From positions 326 to 64,325 of the forward strand of contig JBAXAF010000004.1 in NCBI GenBank assembly GCA_037142675.1: 64,000 bases of DNA, written 5' to 3'. This DNA comes from Candidatus Berkelbacteria bacterium. Its GTDB lineage: Bacteria > Patescibacteriota > UBA1384 > XYA2-FULL-43-10 > CAINNR01. The translations under genes were made by a program, and so were the position numbers. Numbering within the stretch: the first letter of the stretch is position 1; every line of letters begins with the position of its first letter. Under the pieces are notes generated by a model. The model was not told where the DNA came from. It saw only the letters and a program-made list of their open reading frames with translations, and did not search any database. Shown in pieces: positions 49,430 to 57,740 of the stretch.

Positions 49430-50848
49430 ATGGGCGATAATGAAGACGAACTACAATCACTTGGGGAAGAGCAACGAATATTTGAGGCCCAGCAGGACGA
49501 AGCAGCGCGGTTGGCTGCGTCTACCCGCGAAGCGGAGCTGCGGGCTGATCACATTGCTCATGTGGCGGCGGCTAGCCACTCTGATCTTAGAAAAGCTGCG
49601 GTCGAACGGGACGCAGAGATGAGGGCGACTGGTTTGGCTGAGATACGCGAAACACTGGGTTCGCCCGAAGGTGTTCAGGAAAAAGCCGACGTACTAAGAT
49701 CAGAATTTGACGCCAGCTTGCTCGAGATTGCAGAATTAAGACAAAGCATTGCAAGAATCAGGGAATTTGTCCCAGAAGGCAGGCCAATGTCACCAGTTCT
49801 TGCAACTAAGATTGAGGCAATCGAACAGCGTCGAGCTGGAATTGAGAATGGTCTAGGTGCATTGCTGCAAAAGTCAGACGAGGCAAAAAGTTTAGCAGAG
49901 AATGTTAAAAGTTACGATCGGCTAAAGACTGAAATCGATCTGCTCCGTCAGGGAACAGATGAAATCTATGCCATGCCTGGAGTCGCTGATATACTTTACC
50001 AAGAAGCGATTGATACAGACGAAAAGGAAACTTGGGCTGTTGAAGCCGGGAAACAGGAGCGTCGAATAGCCAGAGAGCAAGCATTGGCTATCGAAAAAGA
50101 AACCGCCCAAGCGGCCGAAAAGGAGAAATCGCTCAAAGAAGAGATAATCAAGAAAATAAGTGATCGCGCTAGCCGCATACCGACAAATACAGGCACGGAA
50201 AAAGACCCTCGCCGAGTTGAGTTCACTGAGCCATTAATTTCTGCTTTTTTAGATGATGCATTGGAACAATCTGGAATTAATGGAATTGAACTAACCGCAG
50301 CTAGTGCCGACAGGAGAAGAGAGTTAATTAGAGCCGTAGCTCAACAAATTGAATTTGGTTTAAATACCCGTTGGAATGGACAAGACTATCCCAATGGCTT
50401 TGGCTCTGATCCAAGCGAGGCAAAAAGGGTTTATGCTCAAAGTGATCCTAAGAACTTCGGAAGACAACTTGGTAACATGCTGGGGACTCAAATGCACGAG
50501 GCGGGTAGTCCTGATGTGCTAGGCCATGTTATTGGTTCCGATAGTGGCGTTCGGGTTCGTGAGGCTCGTAAATGGCATAGAAGCATTCCGTTTATTGTTG
50601 GTTTTGCTAGGGGAACACAGGAGGTTCGTTCGGCAACAAAAATTCAAGAACAACCATATCGTTTGGTTGACGCCCATGCTTCGCAGGCTTTATTTGGAGG
50701 TCTAGCAAGTCGTGTAAGGCTTGGTGAAATGGTTTTCAGAGATAATATTGCCAGATCTGCGTTTGAGCAAGGAGTTACAAGGTCTGAGCAAATTTATCAG
50801 AGAGCTCATAGCGTCGACGCCAATGAACAGGTAGCCGCAGAAAAATAA
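49430..50848 (+). CDS. Hypothetical coiled-coil protein (472 aa) flanked by direct repeats
   Basis: RBS taggagc; moderately GC-rich; ends ...QVAAEK, reusing the repeat-encoded last codons. Confidence 0.6.
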   Translation: MGDNEDELQSLGEEQRIFEAQQDEAARLAASTREAELRADHIAHVAAASHSDLRKAAVERDAEMRATGLAEIRETLGSPEGVQEKADVLRSEFDASLLEIAELRQSIARIREFVPEGRPMSPVLATKIEAIEQRRAGIENGLGALLQKSDEAKSLAENVKSYDRLKTEIDLLRQGTDEIYAMPGVADILYQEAIDTDEKETWAVEAGKQERRIAREQALAIEKETAQAAEKEKSLKEEIIKKISDRASRIPTNTGTEKDPRRVEFTEPLISAFLDDALEQSGINGIELTAASADRRRELIRAVAQQIEFGLNTRWNGQDYPNGFGSDPSEAKRVYAQSDPKNFGRQLGNMLGTQMHEAGSPDVLGHVIGSDSGVRVREARKWHRSIPFIVGFARGTQEVRSATKIQEQPYRLVDAHASQALFGGLASRVRLGEMVFRDNIARSAFEQGVTRSEQIYQRAHSVDANEQVAAEK

Positions 50849-50901
50849 TATTTACTTGCTCTATAGAAAAAACGCCCCAGAAATGGTGGCGTTTTTTTGG
50901 T
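50833..50901 (+). repeat. 67-nt direct repeat copy 2
   Basis: Identical to copy 1 apart from one extra T in the T-run. Confidence 0.9.
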
Positions 50902-50959
50902 TAAGTTGCTTGATGGCTAGCGATTAAAAAAACCGACCAAGCGAGGGCGAGGTCGGGTG

Positions 50960-51556
50960 CTATTGGCCACCGAGGCCAGTTAGGTTATAAGAAAATCCAA
51001 TTGAGACTTGTGGGTCGTTGGTAAATAGCTTGATCTCGAGGTGTCTACCAACTTTGCGAACGACTCCAACACCAAAGTTGTGCTCCTTGGCGCTCCACAG
51101 GCCACGGAGTTGGATTTTCGTCCCTTTGACCGATAGTTCCCAGCGCTCTATCTCCAGCGTAGGTGACATTTCGGCCTTCACCATTAAAGGCTGGTAATAA
51201 CGGACAGAATTCCTACTTGTTAGGTAGTGAACCTGAAAGTAGATTTCCTGGTCCCCGGCCAGAAACACGGTCGGCCCTGGCTTCTGCACCACTCTCAGTC
51301 CAAGTAGAAACGGCTTGTGCAGACAGGACATTCCCGCCCCGATCACCCTGAAACTCATTACAGCTTCGTCCGTTTTGCCGCCCCCATCCCTTGTCAGCCG
51401 CAAGCTCATTGTTGTCGTATAAAGCGTAGACGATACGATGTTCTTGCTAGCCTCAAGGCTAATGACAATGGGAAGACTTGGCCAATCTTCTTTTTTTTCC
51501 TCTGCCCAAAGTGGTAGGCAGAAGAAAAATGCGACTATAATCATCGCGATTTTCAT
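50960..51556 (-). CDS. GC-rich secreted protein (cassette L)
   Basis: Start MKIAMIIVAFFFCLPLWA signal peptide; minus promoter TTCACA-16-TATAAT; terminator ccgaccaagcgagggcgaggtcgg at 50927-50950. Confidence 0.55.
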   Translation of the reverse strand: MKIAMIIVAFFFCLPLWAEEKKEDWPSLPIVISLEASKNIVSSTLYTTTMSLRLTRDGGGKTDEAVMSFRVIGAGMSCLHKPFLLGLRVVQKPGPTVFLAGDQEIYFQVHYLTSRNSVRYYQPLMVKAEMSPTLEIERWELSVKGTKIQLRGLWSAKEHNFGVGVVRKVGRHLEIKLFTNDPQVSIGFSYNLTGLGGQ

Positions 51557-51664
51557 TTTGCCCACATCCTTTGGTATGCGCAGATGGTTCCGCGGCAATT
51601 ATAGCACTTAAATTTGAATTGTGAACCAAGAATTATGGATGATGGGATAATTAGTTACGTTGTA

Positions 51665-51693
51665 TTGACAAATCAATGCAACATATGTTACAA
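51665..51693 (+). promoter_or_regulatory. Promoter TTGACA-17-TTACAA(T) giving a leaderless transcript
   Basis: ttgacaaatcaatgcaacatatgttacaat; ATG at 51704 lies about 3 nt after the predicted TSS. Confidence 0.5.
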
Positions 51694-51703
51694 TTTAATC
51701 ACT

Positions 51704-51958
51704 ATGCAACATAACGATTACATCTCAACAATTGAAGCATCTAGCATTCTTGGGTTGGACCGAACTCAGGTATTCCGCCTGATCCAGAGTGGAAAAATTC
51801 CGGCTGTAAAAATCGGCCGTAATTTCGCAATTAAAAAATCAGACCTGGGAATTTACGGTGGAGAAGTATCAACAAAAGAAAAAAAGAACATCGAACTATC
51901 GGTAGACAGAGTTTTTGCGGAATATGGTGACGTGATCAAAAAATTGGGAGAGGAGTGA
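51704..51958 (+). CDS. HTH (excisionase/MerR-like) antitoxin candidate
   Basis: ISTIEASSILGLDRTQVFRLIQSGKIPAVKIGRNFAIKKSDL; 4-nt overlap (ATGA) with the downstream toxin. Confidence 0.65.
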   Translation: MQHNDYISTIEASSILGLDRTQVFRLIQSGKIPAVKIGRNFAIKKSDLGIYGGEVSTKEKKNIELSVDRVFAEYGDVIKKLGEE

Positions 51959-52377
51959 TCTACAAAATCTCAATCGAAGAGGTTGAGCTTATTGCTCACC
52001 GAATGGCAAAAAATATAATGGAGTGGGATGAGCCGATTCCCGATTTTTCAACTCGCTATCCGAATGTTCTGGAGAGCTGCTTGGCTGTGCCGTTTCAATC
52101 GTTTGGCCGCAAAGATTTGTATTCTACTTTGGTCAAAAAGGCGGCAATTTTGTTTTATTTAATGATAAAAAACCATCCGTTTCAAAACGGAAATAAACGG
52201 GTTGCAGTGACCACACTTTTCACCTTCTTGGGAAAAAATGACAAGTGGCTGAAAGTTGATAATCAAGAACTCTATAATTTTGCTGTTTGGGTCGCATCTT
52301 CACCAGCAGAATTTCAGGCAGAAATTCTCGCCGCCGCTGAGAAATTTATTAAAAGAAATTTAGTTAGTTCAAGCTAA
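51955..52377 (+). CDS. doc: Doc/Fic-family toxin
   Basis: HPFQNGNKRVAVTTLFTFL matches the Doc motif HxFx(D/N)GNKR. Confidence 0.8.
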   Translation: MIYKISIEEVELIAHRMAKNIMEWDEPIPDFSTRYPNVLESCLAVPFQSFGRKDLYSTLVKKAAILFYLMIKNHPFQNGNKRVAVTTLFTFLGKNDKWLKVDNQELYNFAVWVASSPAEFQAEILAAAEKFIKRNLVSSS

Positions 52378-52380
52378 AAA

Positions 52381-52728
52381 ATGGATAAAACAAAGAACAA
52401 AACCACCGGAAATGCTGGGGAAGATTTGGCAGCGGAGTTTCTCAACCGACAGAAATACAAAATTCTTGGCCGCAACATTTCTTATCCTTTTGGGGAAATT
52501 GATATTTTGGCGGATGATAGGGGGACTATTGTGATTGTTGAAGTCAAAACTGTCAAAGGAGGTGGCTGGGGAAGCGCAGTTGATCTGGTCCGGAATAAAA
52601 AACAGCAGAAATTGAGACTTTTGGCGCTGGAAATCGAGAGGGAATATCCGAATAAAAATATTCGAATTGATGTTATTGGCGTTGATAATGGAAAAATCAA
52701 TTATATAAAAAACGCCGTCGAGGGCTAG
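52381..52728 (+). CDS. YraN/UPF0102-family PD-(D/E)xK endonuclease
   Basis: GEDLAAEFLNRQKYKILGRN...GEIDILADDRGTIVIVEVKT. Confidence 0.75.
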   Translation: MDKTKNKTTGNAGEDLAAEFLNRQKYKILGRNISYPFGEIDILADDRGTIVIVEVKTVKGGGWGSAVDLVRNKKQQKLRLLALEIEREYPNKNIRIDVIGVDNGKINYIKNAVEG

Positions 52729-52747
52729 CGAATTTGGTCTAAAAACC

Positions 52748-52907
52748 CTTGACAACCTGATGTAAATCAGGTATTTTGACATCTGGTGGTTGTCTTTGCG
52801 CCGAGCGTGGATGCGGAGTGCGAAGGCATTACTACTACCGCGTTTTACGCGGCTGCCCCCCACGGCAGGGCCAGGGTCCATGTGATCCTGGCCACTATTT
52901 TTTTTAG
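52748..52907 (+). promoter_or_regulatory. Promoter plus GC-rich structured leader of about 120 nt ending in an intrinsic terminator, immediately upstream of gltX (T-box/attenuator-like)
   Basis: TTGACA-17-TATTTT at 52748-52776; hairpins ccgcgttttacgcgg, ctgccccccacggcag, ggccagggtccatgtgatcctggcc plus T8. Confidence 0.45.
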
Positions 52908-52990
52908 CCCGACTTTGTGCTAAGCTGAGGGAGATAAAATGAAGTTAGTACACGGATCTATTGCGCGGATTATCACGGATGGGAATAACA

Positions 52991-54409
52991 ATGGAACAAT
53001 CAAACAATAAAACAATGATTCGCACCCGCTTTGCTCCAAGTCCAACCGGTGAACTTCACATTGGTGGTGCCAGAACTGCACTATTTTCATATTTATTCGC
53101 CAAAAATCAAGCTGGCGAATTTTTGTTGCGCATTGAAGATACTGACCGCGAGAGATTTGTTGAGGGTGCAACTGAGCGGATTATCGAATCACTGGGCTGG
53201 CTGGGAATTGTAGCTGACAACGCTGGCAAGCCAATGGTTCAGTCTGAGCGCCTGGATAAATATCGAAAAGTCGCTTTTGATTTAGTAAATGAGGGGAAAG
53301 CTTACCTTTGCACTTGTACTAAAGAAAAACTAGCAGAGGACCGCGAGCGTCAGCAAAAAGAAAATAAACCACCGCGATACGAAGGTCATTGTCGTGATGC
53401 TAGTATAGACATTAAGACCCTAGCCGAAGGTTGCTACACCATCCGGATGAAGATGCCACAATCAGGGACTATTATTGTTGATGATTTGATCCGAGGCCGT
53501 GTGGAATTCGATGCGGCCTTAATTGACGATCAGGTAATTCTAAAATCTGACGGTTTCCCGACATATCACCTAGCATCTGTTGTTGATGACCACGAAATGG
53601 AAATTACCCATGTCATTCGCTCGGAAGAGTGGTTGTCGTCAACGCCAAAGCATGTTGTTCTTTATGAAATGCTGGGCTGGAGTGCGCCGGAATTTGCTCA
53701 CCCTTCAATGATTTTGGGACCGGATCACTCAAAGCTTTCGAAGCGCCACGGTGCAACATCAGTTATCGATTATAAAAATCAAGGTTATTTACCAAAGGCG
53801 CTAGTGAACTTTATGGCTCTTTTAGGCTGGAATCCGAAGGACGACAGAGAAATCTTCTCGCTAGAAGAATTAATTGGCGAATTTAAACTGGAAAACGTTA
53901 ATAAAAGTGGCGCAATTTTTGACATTGAAAAACTGAATTGGATGAATGGGGAGTATATCCGAGTCGAAAGTCGAAAGTCGAAAGTCGAAAGTCTGAAGGA
54001 TTTTGGTATAGAAGAATTATCAGCCGGAGAATTGGAACTAATTGGTCGTGGCGGGTTTAAAACTTTGAAAGAAGCGGCGGACTATATCATTCAATTGCGC
54101 AAAACACCGGAGTACGATTCATCACTCCTAATTTTCAAAAAATCCGATCGTGAAAAAACCACTATTGGGTTGAAAGCTGCCAGCTGTCAGCTGCTAGCTG
54201 TTAGTTTATGGGAACAAGAAGAAATACAAAAAACCTTGGAATCAATCGTATCTGAGAAAAATTTAACGAACGGCGATGTATTTTGGCCTGTGCGGGTGGC
54301 ACTATCTGGCGCGGAAAAGTCACCGAGTCCAGTTGAATTATTACTAGCTCTCGGTAAAGAAGAATCAATCAAACGAATTACAAAAGCTATAGATGACCTC
54401 AAAAACTAA
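52991..54409 (+). CDS. gltX: Glutamyl-tRNA synthetase
   Basis: IRTRFAPSPTGELHIGGARTALFSY (HIGH), KLSKRHG (KMSKS); start 52991 or 53015. Confidence 0.9.
   Translation: MEQSNNKTMIRTRFAPSPTGELHIGGARTALFSYLFAKNQAGEFLLRIEDTDRERFVEGATERIIESLGWLGIVADNAGKPMVQSERLDKYRKVAFDLVNEGKAYLCTCTKEKLAEDRERQQKENKPPRYEGHCRDASIDIKTLAEGCYTIRMKMPQSGTIIVDDLIRGRVEFDAALIDDQVILKSDGFPTYHLASVVDDHEMEITHVIRSEEWLSSTPKHVVLYEMLGWSAPEFAHPSMILGPDHSKLSKRHGATSVIDYKNQGYLPKALVNFMALLGWNPKDDREIFSLEELIGEFKLENVNKSGAIFDIEKLNWMNGEYIRVESRKSKVESLKDFGIEELSAGELELIGRGGFKTLKEAADYIIQLRKTPEYDSSLLIFKKSDREKTTIGLKAASCQLLAVSLWEQEEIQKTLESIVSEKNLTNGDVFWPVRVALSGAEKSPSPVELLLALGKEESIKRITKAIDDLKN
53963..53997 (+). repeat. Heptanucleotide tandem repeat (gtcgaaa)x4 plus a degenerate copy inside the gltX CDS
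   Basis: gtcgaaagtcgaaagtcgaaagtcgaaagtctgaa. Confidence 0.9.
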
Positions 54410-55511
54410 AACAAAGATTATCCAAGTTATTGCTGACTCGTCACTGGGTGGTGGGGCGAGGCATGTGCTGGGTTTAATATCAAACATTGATAAAGAAAAG
54501 TTTGAGGTTCTTTTAATTGCGCCGCGTGGTTGGTTAACGACTGAAGCAATGAAAATCAAGGATATCAAAGTAAAAATAGTCGAATTTAAAAGTAAGTGGG
54601 ATTTATCATCCCTCACAAAACTCAAAAAAGATGTCGCTGAGTTTCGCAAAAGTGGTGATCCCTTCGCGCCGATTATTATTCATGCTCACGGACCGCGAGC
54701 GGGATCTTTTTGTAAAATGGCACTACGACCAGGCGAGAAATTTATCTACACCGAGCATATTTGGAGTGATGATTATCATTTGAAAAATCCACTGAATTCA
54801 ATTTTGCAGAAGAGCGGACTTCGAGGAATTTACCGCCGATCAGATTCATTAATTGCTGTTTCAAAATCGGTCAAAACCTTTATTGAGAAATTTGGTGTTG
54901 ATAAAAATAAAATTACTATCATCCCAAACGCTGTGGAAATTAGTGATGATAATGCGGAAAAAAACCATTCGGATAAGTTAATGGTTGGCACTATCGGCAA
55001 TTTATATAAACAAAAAGGTCAGCAGTATTTAATTCAGGCATTTGCTAGGGTTGCCGCCAGTTTGCCGAAAGCCAGGCTGGAAATTATTGGTGACGGGCCG
55101 GAAAAGCAGAAACTACTGGACTTAATCAAAGAGTTAGATTTGGAATCCAGGGTGCAACTTTTGGGCAAAATTGACAAACCAAAAAGATATTTAGATAAGT
55201 GGGATTTGTTTGTTCTGCCATCGCTGTCGGAAACCTTTGGCTTAGTAATACTGGAAGCCTTTGCGTCTCGTGTCCCGGTTGTGGCAACACGGGTTGGTGG
55301 CATTCCTGAGCTGATTATTGATGACAAAACCGGCTACCTTGTCCCGCCGGCTGATTCTGAAAAATTGGCCAAAGCAATTTCTTATCTCTTGGCGGAAAAA
55401 AAGAAACGGGAAGCACTGGCCAGCGAAGCCTACGCGCTTTTGAAAAAGCACTACGATTGGGAAAAGGTAATTAAAGAAATTGAAAACGAATATTTAAAGC
55501 TCTCGAAATAA
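54393..55511 (+). CDS. GT4-family (group 1) glycosyltransferase
   Basis: ETFGLVILEAFASRVPVVATRVGGIPELI (EX7E region). Confidence 0.82.
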   Translation: MTSKTKTKIIQVIADSSLGGGARHVLGLISNIDKEKFEVLLIAPRGWLTTEAMKIKDIKVKIVEFKSKWDLSSLTKLKKDVAEFRKSGDPFAPIIIHAHGPRAGSFCKMALRPGEKFIYTEHIWSDDYHLKNPLNSILQKSGLRGIYRRSDSLIAVSKSVKTFIEKFGVDKNKITIIPNAVEISDDNAEKNHSDKLMVGTIGNLYKQKGQQYLIQAFARVAASLPKARLEIIGDGPEKQKLLDLIKELDLESRVQLLGKIDKPKRYLDKWDLFVLPSLSETFGLVILEAFASRVPVVATRVGGIPELIIDDKTGYLVPPADSEKLAKAISYLLAEKKKREALASEAYALLKKHYDWEKVIKEIENEYLKLSK

Positions 55512-55550
55512 AAAAATCCCCTTGTCCGAATAAATCGGACAAGGGGAGTG

Positions 55551-55731
55551 ATTATTGATTCCGCCATTTTTCCTCATTTCTTGCCCGCATCTCCGCAGCC
55601 TCCGTTGAGCTTTTGGCCTCCTCCATCCACTTGTCCGGGATCTCAATTCCCTTATCTTTGGCTATCTCGATGAAGTGGCAAACAACGTGCTCCCAGTCGG
55701 CGATCTTTACGTTTCTCAGGGCTGCCCACAA
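55551..55731 (-). CDS. GC-rich small ORF; either TTG-initiated 59 aa or a 70-aa ORF interrupted by an in-frame TGA
   Basis: Minus strand: ATG ACT GAG ... GAT CTG TGA TTG TGG GCA... = MTEQTELMDL*(L)WAALRNVKIADWEHVVCHFIEIAKDKG...; terminator ccccttgtccgaataaatcggacaagggg at 55517-55547. Confidence 0.4.
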
Positions 55732-55869
55732 TCACAGATCCATCAGCTCCGTCTGCTCAGTCATTTTAAACTCTTTTCCAGATACCTGATTGGCATCTAT
55801 TGTAATGTTGGGGCTAATTCCCCTCAGTTGCGGGCGCGATCTATTCGATCGTGCCCGGTTCTGATAAGG

Positions 55870-55956
55870 CTAGCTACAAAGCGATAGCATGAAATACATG
55901 GCGAAAAGGCCTATTATGATCCCCAAAACGACGATGACCAGGTTGAGAATTTCCAT
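55870..55956 (-). CDS. 28-aa single-TM peptide (MEILNLVIVVLGIIIGLFAMYFMLSLCS)
   Basis: RBS cgagg 7 nt upstream; downstream of the minus promoter TTGACG-17-TACAAT (56048-56076). Confidence 0.4.
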   Translation of the reverse strand: MEILNLVIVVLGIIIGLFAMYFMLSLCS

Positions 55957-56124
55957 TTTTTTCCTCGTGTCACGTGTCGGCTAATGTCGCCTGTAAGTTG
56001 TTTGCTCGCTTCAGACTTTTGGGTTGTTCCTTAGCCTGACAGGTAACATTGTACCATAACCTTAGCAATACGTCAATACAAAATGACGAAAAATTCTACT
56101 AAAATAACTTTAAAACGATCTCAT

Positions 56125-56154
56125 TTGACAAAATATGACGAGTTTTGCTATAAT
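56125..56154 (+). promoter_or_regulatory. Consensus promoter TTGACA-18-TATAAT for TrmB paralog 5
   Basis: ttgacaaaatatgacgagttttgctataat. Confidence 0.6.
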
Positions 56155-56193
56155 ATAGTCGTATATTAGTGACGAAAATAAGAGTAGTAAAAA

Positions 56194-56928
56194 ATGGAAA
56201 CTTTGGAGATTCTAAAATCAATTGGATTAAATGACAATGAAAGCAAGGTTTACCTAGCTGTCCTTGAACTCGGTGCATCGACGGTTTTGCCCATCTCAAA
56301 AAAGTCCGGAATAAAACGGACCTATTGTTACGATATTTTGGAAAGCTTGCTAAAAAAGGGTTTTGTTAGTCACTTTAGTAAAAATGGTCGCCGTCGCTAC
56401 CTGGCTGCTGACCCAAAGCAAATCGAGGCGTTGTTAGAAAATAAATTAAACCGATTTTCAGAAGCTTTGCCACAACTGCGGTCAATTTATAATTCATCGC
56501 CAGAAAAACCAACAATTCGATTTTTTGAGGGTAAGGAAATCAAAAATATTTATGAAATGTTGCCGTCAGCGAAATACATTGATTCCATAGCCTCCCCTGA
56601 GTACATTTACCAATATCTTGGCAATTACTTTGATGAAATTGTAAAATTAATAGCTAAAAAGAAGGTAGCTGTTCGGGAAATTGTGCCAGAGAAAAATAAG
56701 GATGCTGGCTATATTAAGAATTTTCAAAAGCCAGACGAGGAGCTTAGATTTTTACCAAAAGAAGTCCAGTTGTCGACGGATATAATAATTTTTGATGACA
56801 AGGTTGCACTGATTTCATTTGCAAAAAAGGTTCACGCGGTGTTAATTGAAAGTTCGAGTATTGTGGAGACTCAGCGCTATATGTTTGATTTGATCTGGCA
56901 GATGGCAAAAAGTCCGTCTTCGAGGTAG
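56194..56928 (+). CDS. TrmB-family HTH regulator (paralog 5)
   Basis: IGLNDNESKVYLAVLELGASTVLPISKKSGIKRTYCYDILESL. Confidence 0.8.
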   Translation: METLEILKSIGLNDNESKVYLAVLELGASTVLPISKKSGIKRTYCYDILESLLKKGFVSHFSKNGRRRYLAADPKQIEALLENKLNRFSEALPQLRSIYNSSPEKPTIRFFEGKEIKNIYEMLPSAKYIDSIASPEYIYQYLGNYFDEIVKLIAKKKVAVREIVPEKNKDAGYIKNFQKPDEELRFLPKEVQLSTDIIIFDDKVALISFAKKVHAVLIESSSIVETQRYMFDLIWQMAKSPSSR

Positions 56929-56948
56929 AATAAATTTATTGGAGGACT

Positions 56949-57707
56949 ATGTTTTGGCAGAAGGAAGAAAACCGAGGGTCTTGGGCGGCTTACACTGATG
57001 TGATGAAAATTCACCCAATTTCTCGTGTTACCGCCGATAAGGTTTTGGTTTTGGCGCCACATCCAGATGACGATGTTTTAGGTTGCGGAGGACTCTTGGC
57101 CGAGCTATCTGAGGCTGGTGCAAAAATCAAAGTGGTTTATTTTACTGATGGTTCTCGTGGCAACCGCGAGGCTAAGTTTTCTGAAAATTTAATCGCACAG
57201 AGGGAAGAAGAATCGGTTGAAGCTGGAAAAGTTTTAAAAATCTCTGAACAGAAATTTCTTCGGCTACCCCATAATTCCTTGAAGTCTAGTATTGAGTTGG
57301 CGGCGATTATCCGCAAAGAAATTGAGTTCGACAAACCTGACTTAATTTTAGCACCCTCATTTGAGGAACCGCACCCAGACCATTTAGCGGTTTTGGAGGC
57401 ACTAAATTTAGGTTTAAAAAATTATTCTGAAGGTTTAAATATTTGGTTGTATGAAGTTTTTGGAACCGGGCGGTTAAATCGCCTGTTTATTATAGATGAT
57501 TTTGTTGAAGTGAAAACAGAAGCTCTTAAGTGCCACAAAAGTCAGTACAAAATTAAAAAATATGACGAGGCAATATTGTCCTTGAATAAATTTCGGGCAC
57601 TGTCGGCTGGAATTGGAAATTATGCCGAGGGTTATTATTCCACCGGTCCGCGAACATTTCAAAAATTATTTGAGTTTTACCAGCGTCATCACGAAAGTAG
57701 AATTTGA
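56949..57707 (+). CDS. PIG-L/LmbE-family N-acetylglucosaminyl deacetylase (paralog 1)
   Basis: VLAPHPDDDVLGCGG zinc-binding motif. Confidence 0.8.
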   Translation: MFWQKEENRGSWAAYTDVMKIHPISRVTADKVLVLAPHPDDDVLGCGGLLAELSEAGAKIKVVYFTDGSRGNREAKFSENLIAQREEESVEAGKVLKISEQKFLRLPHNSLKSSIELAAIIRKEIEFDKPDLILAPSFEEPHPDHLAVLEALNLGLKNYSEGLNIWLYEVFGTGRLNRLFIIDDFVEVKTEALKCHKSQYKIKKYDEAILSLNKFRALSAGIGNYAEGYYSTGPRTFQKLFEFYQRHHESRI

Positions 57708-57740
57708 GGAGTTATCATTTCTAAGGTATTAAAAATCGTT

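Noticed and set aside
53963-53997. Possible CRISPR array suggested by short tandem repeats
   Set aside because: The units are only 7 bp with no spacers; it is a microsatellite inside gltX. No repeat-spacer array or cas gene was seen anywhere in the window.
55732-55734. In-frame TGA as selenocysteine or alternative-code sense codon
   Set aside because: No SECIS-like hairpin is evident downstream, native genes in the window clearly use TGA as stop (e.g. 57705), and a TTG immediately follows. Recoding is not asserted.
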